Of a stretch of DNA of 64,000 nucleotides, positions 11,400 to 24,713 are shown piece by piece (the first letter of the stretch is position 1; each line of letters opens with the position of its first letter). Under the pieces are notes generated by a model. That model saw only the letters and a list, made by a program, of their open reading frames with translations, was not told the origin of the DNA and ran no database searches. The translations under genes were made by a program, and so were the position numbers. Source of the stretch: Octopus vulgaris (Eukaryota). Location of the stretch: assembly GCA_951406725.2 (NCBI GenBank), contig OX597821.1:30876001-30940000 (forward strand). Direction: 5' to 3'.

Positions 11400-12480
11400 G
11401 GTTTTCTTGAGATGTTCCTTTGTAGGACTTTTGCAATGAAAAGGATGTTTCCGTTTTAGAATACTCAGGAAGAGTTAGAAAGAAAAGAGAACAAATTGTA
11501 TATAGTACATTTTAAGATTTACTAAATATGGTCCTGTGTATGACCGCACAAAGAGAAATGGTAGTGTTCTTAGAATACAAAAGAGGACGATGTTTACATT
11601 TTCGAATACTCAGGAAGAAAGGAAAGGATAGAGTGGTCGTAGATATAAAAGGGTTTTTTTTTTATAGCTGATCGTTTTTGTGTTCGAAAACTATAGGTAT
11701 GTAAGTTTACTAACTTATTTTATTTGGTGTCAGATGTAAAATATTAACAGGAAAGCGTAGATTTTCTAGTCTTTGGGAATAGTAGGAGAAAGAGATGTTC
11801 ACCTTGTTGGATTTTTGAATTTCTGAATTTCTTTTTCTTTTGGGATTTTCAGTTTCTTTTTAAAAGTTTTACTGTGGTTTACAATTTTTGTAGTTGTGCA
11901 TTATGTATATATTGGGAGGTACTTACTACCTTAATTTTTATCGTGCATTTAAGTGTGTTGTTACAATAAAAGGCATGTTTACATATTCTGTCAGTCAGGG
12001 AAGAAGGAAAGTCAAAATGTTCACACAAAATTGTAGATATTAAAATTTCTAAATTTTTTGAGATGTTCGTTTGTATGTCCGTTCAGAGAAAACTGGTGTT
12101 TTTTTTACAATAAAATGGATGTTTACATTTTCGAATATTCAGGGAAGAAACTGAAGAGAAAAGGAAGATATACTTATTTCACAGAAAAATTGTAGATATG
12201 AAGTTTTCAAAATTTACTGGAAATAATCATTTGTCTGTCAGTAAAGAGAAAACTGTAGTGTTCTTGGAATAAAGAGGATGTTTACATTTTCGAATACTCA
12301 GAGGGAAAAGAAAATGATAGTTATTCACAGAAAGTTTAGATATCAAAGGTGTTAAATCTGATTGTTTATGTGTTAGAAAGCTGTAGATATGTAAGTTCCT
12401 TAACTTATTTTGAGGGAAATTCAAAATACTCACAGGAAATTGTAGATATTCCAGTCTTTTAGAGTTATTTTTCAGTTGTC
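11400..12480. repeat. Degenerate AT-rich tandem repeat (unit roughly 140-190 bp)
   Basis: Motif gatgtttacattttcgaatactcagg and variants recur near 11445, 11590, 11975, 12118 and 12278, each followed by a GA-rich stretch and a gtagatat-like motif. Confidence 0.65.
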
Positions 12481-12572
12481 CTGATGGATTGTATTAGTGT
12501 TTCTGTGTCTACAGCTGCTGACAGGTCAGAGCAGCGAAGATACGTCCACGCGCTGTTAAGTCCATTATTCAT

Positions 12573-12663
<91 letters not shown>

Positions 12664-12703
12664 GTTGTGAAGTTTTGCTGTTCGTCTGAGGTATATTCGT
12701 CTT

Positions 12704-12918
12704 CGGCGAGCTGGCATAAGCGTTGGCACGCCGGGCGAAATGCTTAGCAGTATTTCGTCTGGCGCTACGTTCTGAGTTCAAATTCCGCCGAGGTCGACTT
12801 TGCCTTTCATCCTTTCGTGTTCAATTAAATAAGCACCAGCTATGCACTGGGGTCGATGTAACCGACTGAAGCCGATTGTCTATCATTGTTTGTCCCCTCT
12901 ATGTTTAACCCCAATAAG
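12704..12918 (+). mobile_element. tRNA-type SINE family A
   Basis: ggcgagctggcataagcgtt head, B-box gagttcaaattcc, core gactttgcctttcatcctttc...aaataagcaccag. Confidence 0.85.
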
Positions 12919-12949
12919 GACATACACACACACATATATTTGCTAGTTT

Positions 12950-15660
12950 CCGCAACCTAACCAGGTAATAACATAGATTAAAATCCTGAACTCTCCAAAA
13001 GGTAGGGAGCATGTGCTAAATTTAAGACGCCTACATTTCTTCACTTTTGGTTCCGTTGTTAAGGAATATAGTTTTGTGCCGGTTAATATTATTTTCAATG
13101 ATTTTGGTTATATATTGCTTTTGACAAAGTTGCGTAAGTCCAAAATTTCGTTCATTGCTTTATTTCTAGAGAGAATGGACAGATTTTGAATGAATACCTC
13201 ATTGTTTCTTGGGTTTTGAGTGGCGGCGTAAGGATTCATTTTAAACCTGATGTAACATTTCGTCTGACTTCACTTAATGTTTGTATGTCTATATTCTTTG
13301 CTCATTTTATCCCATCGTCTATTAATGATGCGGGATTATATTCCCTGATTAATGTTGATTTATGTTCACGAAGACTTAGTTCACAGTTCTTGGCATCAGA
13401 ATCTATGGTACAGATTCTTTTCGCTAGATTATGAGGTATATTAATTTTTATGTGTTTTGGGTGGCATGAGTTGAATAATAGGTATTGTTTTGAATCTGTG
13501 GTTTTATATAAGATATCCGTTTCAATGTGGTTATTGACTATTTTAATTGGGATGTCAAGAAAAGGTAGTTGTCTATTGCTGTTGTACATGGTGAGTTGTA
13601 TGTTGCTATTGATATTGTTGATCATTATTTTAAAATCGAGGAGTTTGTCCATAATATTGTTCCAGTGTATAAAATAATCATCTAAGTACTTTTTCCAGTG
13701 AAATGAGCTACCATATTTTTCTCATGAGGCTTGGTATATTTTAAGTTCTAAATAGCCCATTACAAAGGTTCGCAATCACTGGCGTAGCTCGAGTCCTCAT
13801 GCAATTCCACACTTGTATCGATAGTTAATTCTATCGAATATGAAATAGATATTCTGGGGGATAAACGAAGTTGTGACTGATGCATCCTGAGATCTCTTAC
13901 GGATATTTTTCTAGCTAGAAGATGACTGCTTCTATAACATAATTGTGTGGAATATTGGTGTAATAGTTCCCCACATCGAATGATACTAACAAGGTCCCTT
14001 CATTTATTATTTTCAGGAGGTGTTTAAGAATGGATAGATCATATCTGATGAATATTTAGCATATTTCAAAAATGATTTAATTAGGATTTCGGGGAAATTG
14101 TTCAAACGGGGAGTTTCACATACTGGGACAGCATTGATGGGTCTATGGGTCTTAGTTTGAGGTCAGCAGGGGAAAGACCATTAATGCATAGACTTTATGA
14201 GTCCTTCCAAGCTTTACTAATCATTGGACTTCTCCGATTTTGGGTAAGCAGTGGAAGATACTTGGTTTGCATTTAAAATTGGATAGATAATCGATTTCAT
14301 TTCTCATGAAGCCATTTACATGTATTTGAATTATTGAGAACACTTTTTATAGTGCCTTCAGTCCGTTAGAGTTCTCTATCTTCTCATAGTAGGTATTGTT
14401 TACCAGAATGGATAGTATTAAAGTTTCATAGTACCCTGTGTACATCACATCTGCAGCACTTCCTTTATCGGCTTATTTAATCGTCAGGATTATATCGTTT
14501 TGTAACTCGATTAAATTTTTCCATCCATTTATGTTGAGGCTGGATTTAATTCTTTGTCCTTGCAGGACATTGAATGGACAATTGGTAATGTGTTCACATA
14601 AGTCATCAAGTAATTTATTTCTACCTTTAGATGGAAAGTATTCGATTTTGTTTTTCACTATCGAATCATCTTCGTTGTTGTAGTTATGAAGTGCTTCTGA
14701 GAGGTAAATTTCGGCAAAAGTCAATAACGTTGCCCTTGACATCTTTCTGGTTAGTTCTGCAGGAGGTTGTTATAAACTTGAGACCTTTTGTAAAATATTA
14801 GTTTGTATACTAATCAGGATTTTCTTTGATAAGTTGATTACTTTCGGTTTTTCATATATGTTTTGTTCCACTTTACGTCTCCGTCTCTGATTTACGTTTA
14901 AAAATGTTTGTAGTAGGTAGATTGTTGTGGGAAATATGTATTGTATTTGGGTTCGAGTGGAGAAATTGGATGTGGTAGTATGCTTGTTGTGACTGAGTAG
15001 TGGACTTGGATTATGGTATTTCTGAATGTGGTTATACTGTCTATAGTTGATGTGTTTTGGGTTAAATTTATTGTTAATTTGGAACTTTTCGGTTTGAACG
15101 GCAGTTTTTAACATAATTTCCACGTAACTAAACACTTTTAAACTTCGTATACTGGTAGAATGTGTTTATAAAACATATTTTTCTCTTGGCTTTATTGAGA
15201 AAATTCTATAGTTTGTGAGATATTTGTTGTTTCTTTCTTCAATTTCTGCAATTTCAACTAATCACTGACCGTCTATTGAAAACATTCTGTGCCGTATGAA
15301 TATGTCCCTCGTTTAAGAGACAGATTGGGTTTATTTACATTTCTGAAGGAAAAACGATACCCTTCCCACCACCACTAACCCTAACCCTAACTAACCCTAA
15401 CCCTAAAACAGATTGAAATGCAATAGATCGATACTATGGTCATAATTATCGGTGACAATTTCATATGACACCGCTAGAAAAAAATGCCGTTCAAACCGAA
15501 GTGATCCGTTAATTTTCTTATAGGGATAGAGGGAAAAGTTATATTGTCTGGTTAAGATGTGTCTAGATGTGTGTTTAAAGTATCAAAGCAGGCGGGGTCG
15601 TCTGTCGTCCAGGAAATAGAACTTCTCTCTACCTTTGAAAAACGGTAGGGCATGTTAGAA
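12950..15660 (-). mobile_element. Decayed Penelope-like element (RT and thumb; Neptune-like, tentative), interrupted by a MITE
   Basis: ADKGSAA, LVSFDVGNYYTNIPH, GIA*G...VIANL/MGYLE, WKKYLDDYFIHW, LPFLDIPIKIVNNHIETDILYKTTDSKQYLLFNSCHPKHIKINIPHNLAKRICTI. Boundaries approximate. Confidence 0.85.
15081..15507. mobile_element. MITE with ~25-bp TIRs, 8-bp TSD and internal (CCCTAA)n
   Basis: Ends ggaacttttcggtttgaacggcagtttt / aaaaatgccgttcaaaccgaagtgatcc; TSD gttaattt at 15073-15080 and 15508-15515; inverted copy at 56259-56700. Confidence 0.9.
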
Positions 15661-16881
15661 TTTGAAAACATTTATGCATACTTAATATAAATATACTGGA
15701 AATATATAAAAGCTAATGATAGCAATGTTAGCATATGAAAAATACGTGCACACATTCATACGCTCGTACACACACACTCACACACCTCTTAAAGAGTCAT
15801 CATGACATACGCTCTGTGATGAGCATTATTAAATATGGTGGAGGCTGTACCTTTCCGGATTCGATCTAAACCGATTTTTGCAAGAAACAGAATGAGGAAG
15901 TTAGAGAGTGATAGAAAGGGTGATAGAAATAATGAGTGAGAGAGACAGAGAGAGGGAGAGAAAGATAGAGTGAGAGAGATAGAATGATAGAGGAAAATAT
16001 GGAAAACAAGATTTTAAGAAAGAAGTTTAAGAAATGAGAACATTCTACCACAGTAACGGAATTGTATGATATTTATTAAGAGCTAACATGTAAAATGTTA
16101 ATTTGCGGTAATTGAATTTCATTGGTGGAGGTCCGGAAAGATTATCGCAGGGCAATCTACCCGATGCTCTGATTATTCAGTCGATACACTTCTCTCGATG
16201 ATTATATGTATACGAGCATATGCATACAGGTGTGTGTGTGTGTGTGTTTATGTGTCCGCGCGTGTTTTATGTGGGTGTGAATATGTCTGCATCAGCGTGT
16301 GAAAACTTTTATGAAGTGCAGTACGTTTAAAACAATCATGAAATCGCTAACGAATTAATCGTCTTATAGTAATTACTATAAAGCCAATACACTTGAGTTC
16401 GTGTGAGAGAGCACGTATGCTTTATCCACACGCTGAATATTGCCAAAGTATCACTTGAATGATACAAATCCGTCTTGAATGTGTTCTCATAGGATAGTGT
16501 TACGCAAGATATAAGATGTCAAAGCACAGGACGAGACGGTCATGTCCACATCCCGCAATTTAATTTTTTTTTATTTGAGTGATAAACTTGGATTAAAATA
16601 GGACGAGTCAAATTAGCTAAACCTGCAACTACAACTATATTTTGTGCACAAGAATGGACAGCGTATTTACGTCAGCAATCATATAGACATGCGTTGTAAA
16701 TCATATTGCCATGCCTTCTGTTTATGTGTGCATGTTTATGTTTGTGTGTGTGTTTGTGTGTTTGGCTGTGTGTGTGTGCATAGGTTTTGCTACGAGTGTT
16801 GGTAAGTCATTTTTACTTATATATCAATTCACACCCACCACTCGGAGACATAAATATTCATTTATACATACATGCATATAC

Positions 16882-16957
<76 letters not shown>

Positions 16958-16966
16958 TATATATTT

Positions 16967-17029
<63 letters not shown>

Positions 17030-18145
17030 GTACATACAAATATATACTGATATATACACATACATACAAATATATACTGATATATACAGGCATACATACA
17101 TACATATATGTATCATATTGACATGTACCTCATGCAATGGAATTGCTTTTCTATACGCTAGTGAACATCACATCAACTTATTTGTGTATAAATGCATGAA
17201 CGATTAAATATGCATACACCTGTACGTTTGTGAATGTGTACGTGTATAAGAATACGAAACTGTGTGTTTACTTGGGCGCTCGTGTGATATTTCACGAGAA
17301 AATATAAAAGCAATATCGATGTAATATTTTTGACTGAGTATCCCATTTTTCTCATAACCTTTACTTCCTTTTCCATAATTAGATTAAAGTTCTTATCTTT
17401 CTCTACAAATGAGCTCTGATGCTATCCTGCCTCTCAGCTATGCACCTGCAACATATATTACTATTTCGTTAATCACACGTGGATTTTTATTTATTTATTT
17501 ATTTGTATATATCTTGCAATTTTGATGCGTTGTTTAGTTTGCATATTTTTATTACATTTTTTTTTGTATACTTGGGTATCTGGGTTTTAGTGTTATTTTT
17601 TTTTCTACACGTTCATTTTTTTTTGTTTGTTTGTCCTCTTCTTATTGCTTTCAGTATCATCATCATCATCATCATCGTTATTATATTTGTTATTATTGTT
17701 GCTGCTGTTATTATTATTACTACCTCCATCATCGTCATCATCATAATCATCATCATAAACGTCATTATTATTCATTTTCTGTTTGGGGTTACTTTTGTTG
17801 GTTGTGAATGTTGTAATTGCTTTTGAAAACGTACTCGAGGAAATTGCGTATTGCTGATAATACTATTGGCTTACAATGCGTATATTTGGAAAGAAGACAC
17901 AATATTTGCAATACAGACACACACACACACACACACAAGCACACACACACACACACAAACACACGCACACTCACAGACACACAGACAGTGGTACACACAT
18001 GGAAATATGGATGTATATAAATATACATATACATACACACACACATATATATATATACATATATTTACACATGCATAGGCATGTATAGATACATGCCTAT
18101 AGAAAAGCATATATGTATGTCGGTCTATATACATGTCTATTTTCT

Positions 18146-18176
<31 letters not shown>

Positions 18177-18327
18177 GCATGCGTATATATATATATATAT
18201 GACGTGTATCTTTGTGCGTTTGTTAGTGTTTCATTGTGTGTCCTTATTGCTGCATTATTATACACACTAGCAATTGTACATATTATTTAGATGAACGTAG
18301 TCTCTTTTCTATTGGAACATTCTTCTT

Positions 18328-18358
<31 letters not shown>

Positions 18359-19069
18359 AATTTACTATTACTACTACTACTACTACTACTACCACTACTA
18401 CCAGTACTATTATTGTTGTGTTATTACTAATACTGTATCATCATCATCATTATTATTTCATTTATTTTTATTGTCCTTCTTACTAGCACTTTTTAAAAAA
18501 TATGTTTCGCCCGAGGTTGAAATGAAATATATTATGCTGCTCTGCCACGTTTAAAATAATTTATTGTTTTTCTTTCTCTTTTTCTTCTTGAAATCCAAAG
18601 TAGCAATATTATATTTATATTAGAAACTAATCATGTGCATAAAGTATTTGAGATAATCGTCCAGAAATGCGTTTTTATGAATCTAGTCAATAAAGAGAAT
18701 GTCAGTACATTCACCATCAAACATGTATGTATTCGTATGAAGTTTCTATTTGTTTTCCTTCCGCTGCAACGAGACGTTTTTTTTTCCTTCCCTGCAAAGT
18801 GTTGTTTCCAGGTTTTGCATTTGTATGATTTGATCATACGATAAGCAGTAGATGGTAAATATTTTATTAGTTCATATTTTGTGTGTATATGTGTTTAAAT
18901 TTCTAGTAAAGGCACATAGGGAATGAGAAACAGTCAGAAGAAGATGTTTCGCATTGCGATTTTACAGACGAAACATTGGCCCTGTTGGAGTTATTTCCAT
19001 AGCTAATCATTATATTTTGTAGTAAGGTATTATATCGCAATACTACACAGTGGCTGTGTGAGCTACGAA

Positions 19070-19082
19070 ATCCTCGTTGCCA
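19070..19082 (-). promoter_or_regulatory. Primer-binding site of an LTR element (tRNA-Ser(GCU)-like)
   Basis: Minus strand tggcaacgaggat, 1 nt after the LTR-terminal CA; one mismatch to TGGCGACGAGGAT. Confidence 0.65.
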
Positions 19083-19083
19083 C

Positions 19084-19196
19084 TGCTATATCGCACGTTC
19101 GGATGACTTCTACTCAACCCTCGACGTCTAGACTTCTCCCTCTATATCTACGTATTGGGCTAGCCTACTTCATCGTCTGGGGGCGTCGACACAACA
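19084..19196 (-). mobile_element. Very short 5' LTR (113 bp)
   Basis: TG...CA ends, homologous to the solo LTR at 53513-53642, followed by a PBS. Confidence 0.8.
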
Positions 19197-19238
19197 TAAG
19201 GGTCCTGAATGAGAGAGGAAGATATTAAACGACGATCA

Positions 19239-20330
19239 CAGTGGCCGTGTTAAAGTTTTCGTCCACCTCACATAAACCAATCAAGATAAGTGTTTTAAAA
19301 CATAAAAATGTATATAATGAAAATGTATAGCATAATGTTCCTTTCAAGAAGTTACTGTACATTGTTAATATTTCGTGTGGCTTCCCTTAGCTTTAATAAT
19401 TGCTTCAATGCATCTGGGAAAAGATGCGTACAAATCCTTCGCCATCTTCACAGGTATGAGATGCCACTCTCTCTGGCTGAGTTCCCACAACCCTTCAAGG
19501 TTGCGTGGTTTCTTCTGACGAACTCTTCTGTTTAGTTCTCTCCACATTTACTCGATGATATTTAATTCAAGGCTCTGAGCTGGCCAAGCTTTCAATACGG
19601 TAACACCTTCATCAACCAGACTCTGTTGTGTTGCATGCAATCTGGGCATGGAGCTCTATGATGCTGACAAATCTCACGTTCATCCAAGTCTGGTATCAAA
19701 TTCTCCTTCAGCAACTGGATGTATTTTGGCACTATTCGAGTTACCGTCAATTCTAACCAACTTTCTTGAAACATCACTTTTTATGTATACCCAAAGCATC
19801 AAACTCTTATCCCCAAACTTCATTATTTTCGAAGTGTAATGTGGGTCGTTTCGCTTTCTAATAAGAGAGAATATGTCAGACGGCCTTCAGGAAAGCGAAA
19901 CGACCCAAGTTACACGACGAAAGCAGTGTACCACTTCTGCCATGATGAACTATGACATTTATCACGGTTCATGTTAATAAACTAATCCGTTAATGAAGTA
20001 ATGTTTCTGATATTTTCTAAGAAGCAGGTGTTTATGTATAAAGAGAATGTTTATTCACTTATTCTTTTACTCGTTTCCGTTGTTGGGCGGCAACCATTCT
20101 TGAAGCTTTTTGTCAAGAAAATACTCTATGACAGTTATTCCATTTCAATCTGACACTTACTTTGTCGTTTATGACTGCCGCTAGATTTGGAAGTTTTCAA
20201 GGATTGTGGTGAGATACACAGTGACACGTATAGATGCATATTTTTATAAAAGAAATGTATTTTCCCTCTTTGAAATTTTCTAAAAATCATCATTCGGGCC
20301 TTGGCTCTAGCAGAAGTGGTATGTCCAATG
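19239..20330 (-). mobile_element. Decayed Tc1-type (DD34E-like) transposon
   Basis: KFGDKSLMLWV, KYIQLLKENLIP, WPAQSLELNII, WRELNRRV...YASFPRCIEAIIKAKGSHTKY; cagtgg TIR-like end at 19239. Right boundary approximate. Confidence 0.8.
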
Positions 20331-21562
20331 AACCACGCACATACACACCCATTCCTTCCACAGGAATCCATTCAAAAGTTATAGAAACAAAAAGAAGAAA
20401 TACATTTTTGCAATAAAACACTATTTTCTCTCCAGAAGAGATTGCATGTACAGTGATATAAAATCATTAAAAAAATGAGATTGAAAAATACTTGAAATCG
20501 TAAACTGTTAGTTGAACTGTTTGCACTTATTGCAGTTGCCTTGTTGCGGTCATTGTTTAGCCATGAGATGTTTTTGAGCTGTTCACGATTTTATTATTAT
20601 TCCTGCGCCATTTAATATAATTCACACGACACACGAACTTCCTTATACAGTGATATGCTACAAAATAAGACAAAAGTTTAGACACAGAATTATATAATGC
20701 CTATATTAGAAAACAATATGCAACTTGATCTTTGATATATCGAGGAATGGTAAAGAAAAATTTGCCACAATTACAATTAAAACAATTGCTACAGTCCCGA
20801 AAGAAGTTCCAAATATTTGCAATATTACTCTCATTGGTACATAGATACTATCAAACCTTACTGTTCAATTTATTACCTGCTATACATGAACGACGAAGAT
20901 ATAGATGTTAAGGTATATTTTAAGAGAGTAGTGACAAAATAATTAAATCTGCTCCAATACTGACATCTACAAGTTCCATGATGTTATCACTGAAACGGAG
21001 ATTCCTTACATCAAGGTCATATACTATATTTAATGAACCTCAAAAATGGGCTTAAATTTTCCTCGGCTTTCTATTTCTGTATTTTTGATTACATCAATGG
21101 CAACGCTCATAATATAATATGCAACATAGGAATTCAATCATCGCCATGCAAATATATTTTTATAATATTACCATTAGTAATTTCATTTTCAATTTCTATT
21201 ATTGATGAAATATATCTGTGAGTACATGATACTCTCCGTAGGTTTATAAAATATTCGCCAAAATCACATTAACAGGTAAATTATGTTCTTTACACGAAAT
21301 AGATAAATTCAACGAAATACCTTATTAAACCATACATTAATATGAACTCACAGAAACATATAAGTGGCATATATTGAAATATGAGAAAACAAATTTTCAC
21401 TATACATTCTGGAAATTCTGGAATATGCAGACTTATAGATGTCTTCAAACTATAAACGCACAAACATACAAGCAAATACACTCACAGACACACACACGCA
21501 CACATATACGCGCATGTATAAGTACATATGTGCACATACACACACACGTACATATATGTATA

Positions 21563-21599
<37 letters not shown>

Positions 21600-21685
21600 T
21601 TATATACATATGTATATGTATATATACATACATGCAAACATATATATATATATATGCATATGTATGTATACATATATATGCATAT

Positions 21686-21768
<83 letters not shown>

Positions 21769-21844
21769 CATATATATGTATATATACATATACATACATA
21801 TATAGATATAAATCTATGTAGATAAACTAGATAAATTTATAGGC

Positions 21845-21885
<41 letters not shown>

Positions 21886-21950
21886 TATTTCTCTTCTTAG
21901 TATGCCTATGTATCTATCAACTTATCTATTTATCTGTCTATCTTATATAT

Positions 21951-21986
<36 letters not shown>

Positions 21987-22051
21987 ATAGATAAGATAGA
22001 CAGATAAATAGATAAGTTGATAGATACATAGATATACTAAAGAGAGAAATA
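21886..22051. repeat. Fold-back palindrome with ~67-bp arms centred on (TA)n
   Basis: 21886-21953 is the reverse complement of 21984-22051 with about five mismatches. Confidence 0.85.
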
Positions 22052-22074
22052 ATAATAATGCATCTATATATAGC

Positions 22075-22401
22075 TAGCGTCTCAGATTTATTCAACAGAT
22101 TATCATATTTGGAGAATGTTGTATCACTGCGACATTTTGAGACCATTGCACCTGAGTAAACCATCTTCTTGGTTGTACCACTTGCTGTGAGTATGAAGAG
22201 ATTGTTGCCGTTTTCTCTGGAAAAAACAATGCTGCATGCGGTGAAATCCAAAAATTTTTAGTGATTTCCTGGACTCTTATTAATTGGCATTGCAAAACTA
22301 ACTCTTTGAAAATTGAAGTCTCTTGAATTCAAAGAGCATGTTTGCTATAATCCGGAATTCTTGAAGAAAACACATATTCTCCCTTTTCTTGTCCAGTGAT
22401 G

Positions 22402-22405
<4 letters not shown>
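22075..22405 (-). mobile_element. Helitron helicase C-terminal fragment
   Basis: ITGQEKGEYVFSSRIP, SFAMPINKSPG (cf. FAMTINKSQG), NLFILTASGTTKKMVY. Confidence 0.7.
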
Positions 22406-22472
<67 letters not shown>

Positions 22473-22507
22473 CAACAATAGCAATAATAATAATAATAAT
22501 AATAATA

Positions 22508-22845
22508 AGTGGGGGAGCATCATAGCGATGTGTTGAGAGGGATTCTTTGGGGTTTGAATAATTCACCTCTGGAAACATGGGTGGTTCTTTCAACATCCTT
22601 AAACAACCCTTATTCAGGGAGGGTTTGAGTGGGATGGGCTACTCAACCTGAAGAAAATTCTAATTGGGCCCCACCTGCAAGGTCATGTGCTGTTTATCTT
22701 GATATGCGATCACCATGTCGCGCACATATGGATGTGATGCATGTGCCTGGTGTACCCTTATCAGACGGGTAGTCATGATGGGTATATTGGGCTTCGTATA
22801 TATTACCCCAGTGTCACTTTGATGGCATGGACTGCTCTCTCACTC
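22508..22845 (+). mobile_element. 5'-truncated copy of the TAA-flanked non-coding retroposon
   Basis: Matches the reverse complement of 8651-~8990; (TAA)n on both sides. Confidence 0.85.
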
Positions 22846-22896
<51 letters not shown>

Positions 22897-22989
22897 TGTC
22901 ACTAAATGTTACAAGAGTGTTAAAAAGTACCTACCTTGCTAGAAATAAGAGCTAAAATGCTCTAATATTGTAGTTAATACACACGAACG

Positions 22990-23700
22990 AATATATATAC
23001 AATAACAGGGACCTGAATCGTCCAAAAGATGCATATCGAGATATCTTAATACAGACATCAGTTTCGGCAATTTCCGTTGCCTTATCAGTTTAACCCGCTC
23101 GATCCCGGCTATTTTCGGCTTTTGTTCTCAATCAGTGTATGTTTTCGTCATCCAAATTAATGGCTGATTTAGCGATTCGCTAATGGTAGTATCATCATTG
23201 GTGGTAGTGTTAGTATTATTGTTAGTAGTATTAGTTGTGGTATCGTAATTACTGCTTATAGTGGTTATAGTGGACTTAGTGTTGTTATTACTAGTGTTAT
23301 CATTAGTATTACCATTTGTTCCAGCTGTGCGACCAGCTATCTCGGAGCCAGGTGTTATATTCTGCATGTGCTATTTTACGTTGTATACATCCATGGTAGG
23401 GTTTTATGCATTTAGATAGTAAGAGCTATGTCTGCGTTTGTTAGCTGATATGATAATATATTCTCTATTAGGTGTAAAGGAATAGGATAATTTAAAGTGG
23501 GTCTGGCAGAGATAGAGTGGTATTTGTGGTTAGGTGGACAATTAGAACCTACTATTTTAAAGAATACTTTAGCATGACCCTTAACGTTTAAGGCGAATGG
23601 AGGTGGGTACCATAGAATTGATCTCCAACCACTTTTATTAGGTAAATTTGGGGGAAGTCTATTTTCTTGCGTGTGCTACAGGAGAATTTCAGGATTTTAT
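22990..23700 (-). mobile_element. Decayed Penelope-like element 3' portion (Nematis-like linker, tentative) with relic hammerhead motif
   Basis: WRSILWYPPPFALNVKGHAKVFFKIV..NCPPNHKYHSI linker; N/T-rich spacer; CTGATAA-ggcaa..ttgcc-GAAAC at 23049-23093. Confidence 0.6.
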
Positions 23701-23744
23701 ATTAGTTTTCCTAGATCTAGTATTATACGTGTAGTTGCTGTACG

Positions 23745-24038
23745 TGAGTGTCCTTAAACTTGTTGATCAGCAACCCTACTCTCATAATTTTGCCCCGTCT
23801 GACTATCATCTATTCCCTAAATTTAAGAACCACTTGGCTGGCGACCAGTATAGCAATGATGATGCTACTGCTGGCATTTTTGACCAACAGGATAGAAACG
23901 CCTTGACCAAAAGGTTCCAAGCTCTACAACACAGATGAAAGTTGTGTGTGGACCGGAAGTGGGACTGTATTGAAAAATTCATCTCACTCGGCCTCATTAC
24001 ATCTTGGTCACCCTATGGACTTTTCAGCTGACCCTCAT
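23745..24038 (+). mobile_element. Mariner transposase 3' fragment with right TIR
   Basis: QQPYSHNFAPSDYHLFPKFKNHLAG (YSPDLAP.D motif); ends acttttcagctgaccctcata. Confidence 0.8.
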
Positions 24039-24299
24039 AACCTCAACAGTGAACATTTGAATTGTTAGGAATGAAACATTCTCCCACCGCTTGCATAAGG
24101 AAAAACATCACACATCGAGATTCTAAACATGACCCTAGACCTATTTTGTCACTCCTCCAACATGAGTAATTAACTTCCACAAGTATGTGCATACACTCAA
24201 ACAAGAACAAAATATGCAGGGGAGTGCACATACATACATACATACATACATACATACATACATACATACATACATACATACATACATACATACATACGT

Positions 24300-24548
24300 A
24301 CATGGTTGTTGTCTACTCCTTATATAGAGATTGACCACCTGCACCTACACGTTGTCACCATCATGGCATCTGATGTGGTTTTTTAAACGAGATAAAGTTC
24401 TGAAAAGACACCCAGATAGATTGCAACTCCGATTTGGACGACCAAGAGCTGCAGATAAGTTCTGTTCTTTGTGGATCTTAAAATATCTTGTGAGAACTCC
24501 GTTGGATTTGCAAACCTTCTGGCATACATTGCATTCAAAGGTGTGCAC
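24300..24548 (-). mobile_element. 3' end of an RTE-type LINE (C2H2-like zinc-finger tail) embedded in (ATGT)n
   Basis: FECNVCQKVCKSNGVLTRYFKIH...FRTLSRLKNHIRCH; short 3'UTR ending caaccatgt(atgt)n; (CATA)n on both plus-strand flanks. Confidence 0.65.
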
Positions 24549-24577
24549 ATACATACATACATACATACATACATACA

Positions 24578-24611
<34 letters not shown>

Positions 24612-24713
24612 CGAATTGCTCATGCAGCAAATCTACCGGTGCATATATATTTAATTTAAATTGCTGCTGTACGTGAGCTAGATAGTTAGATATATAGATA
24701 GATATACAAAATG

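Noticed and set aside
11400-12480. Regularly spaced motif resembling a CRISPR array
   Set aside because: The intervening sequences are themselves similar and degenerate, the context is eukaryotic and there are no cas genes.
16711-18430. Many ORFs rich in YI, HT, VC and polyL/I (also near 21.4, 25.9, 31.3, 42.7 and 51.0 kb)
   Set aside because: Translations of (TA)n, (CA)n, (TATC)n and trinucleotide microsatellites; no protein motifs.
24345-24548. C2H2 zinc-finger host exon
   Set aside because: No splice signals, degenerate fingers and an RTE-like tail; better explained as a LINE 3' end.
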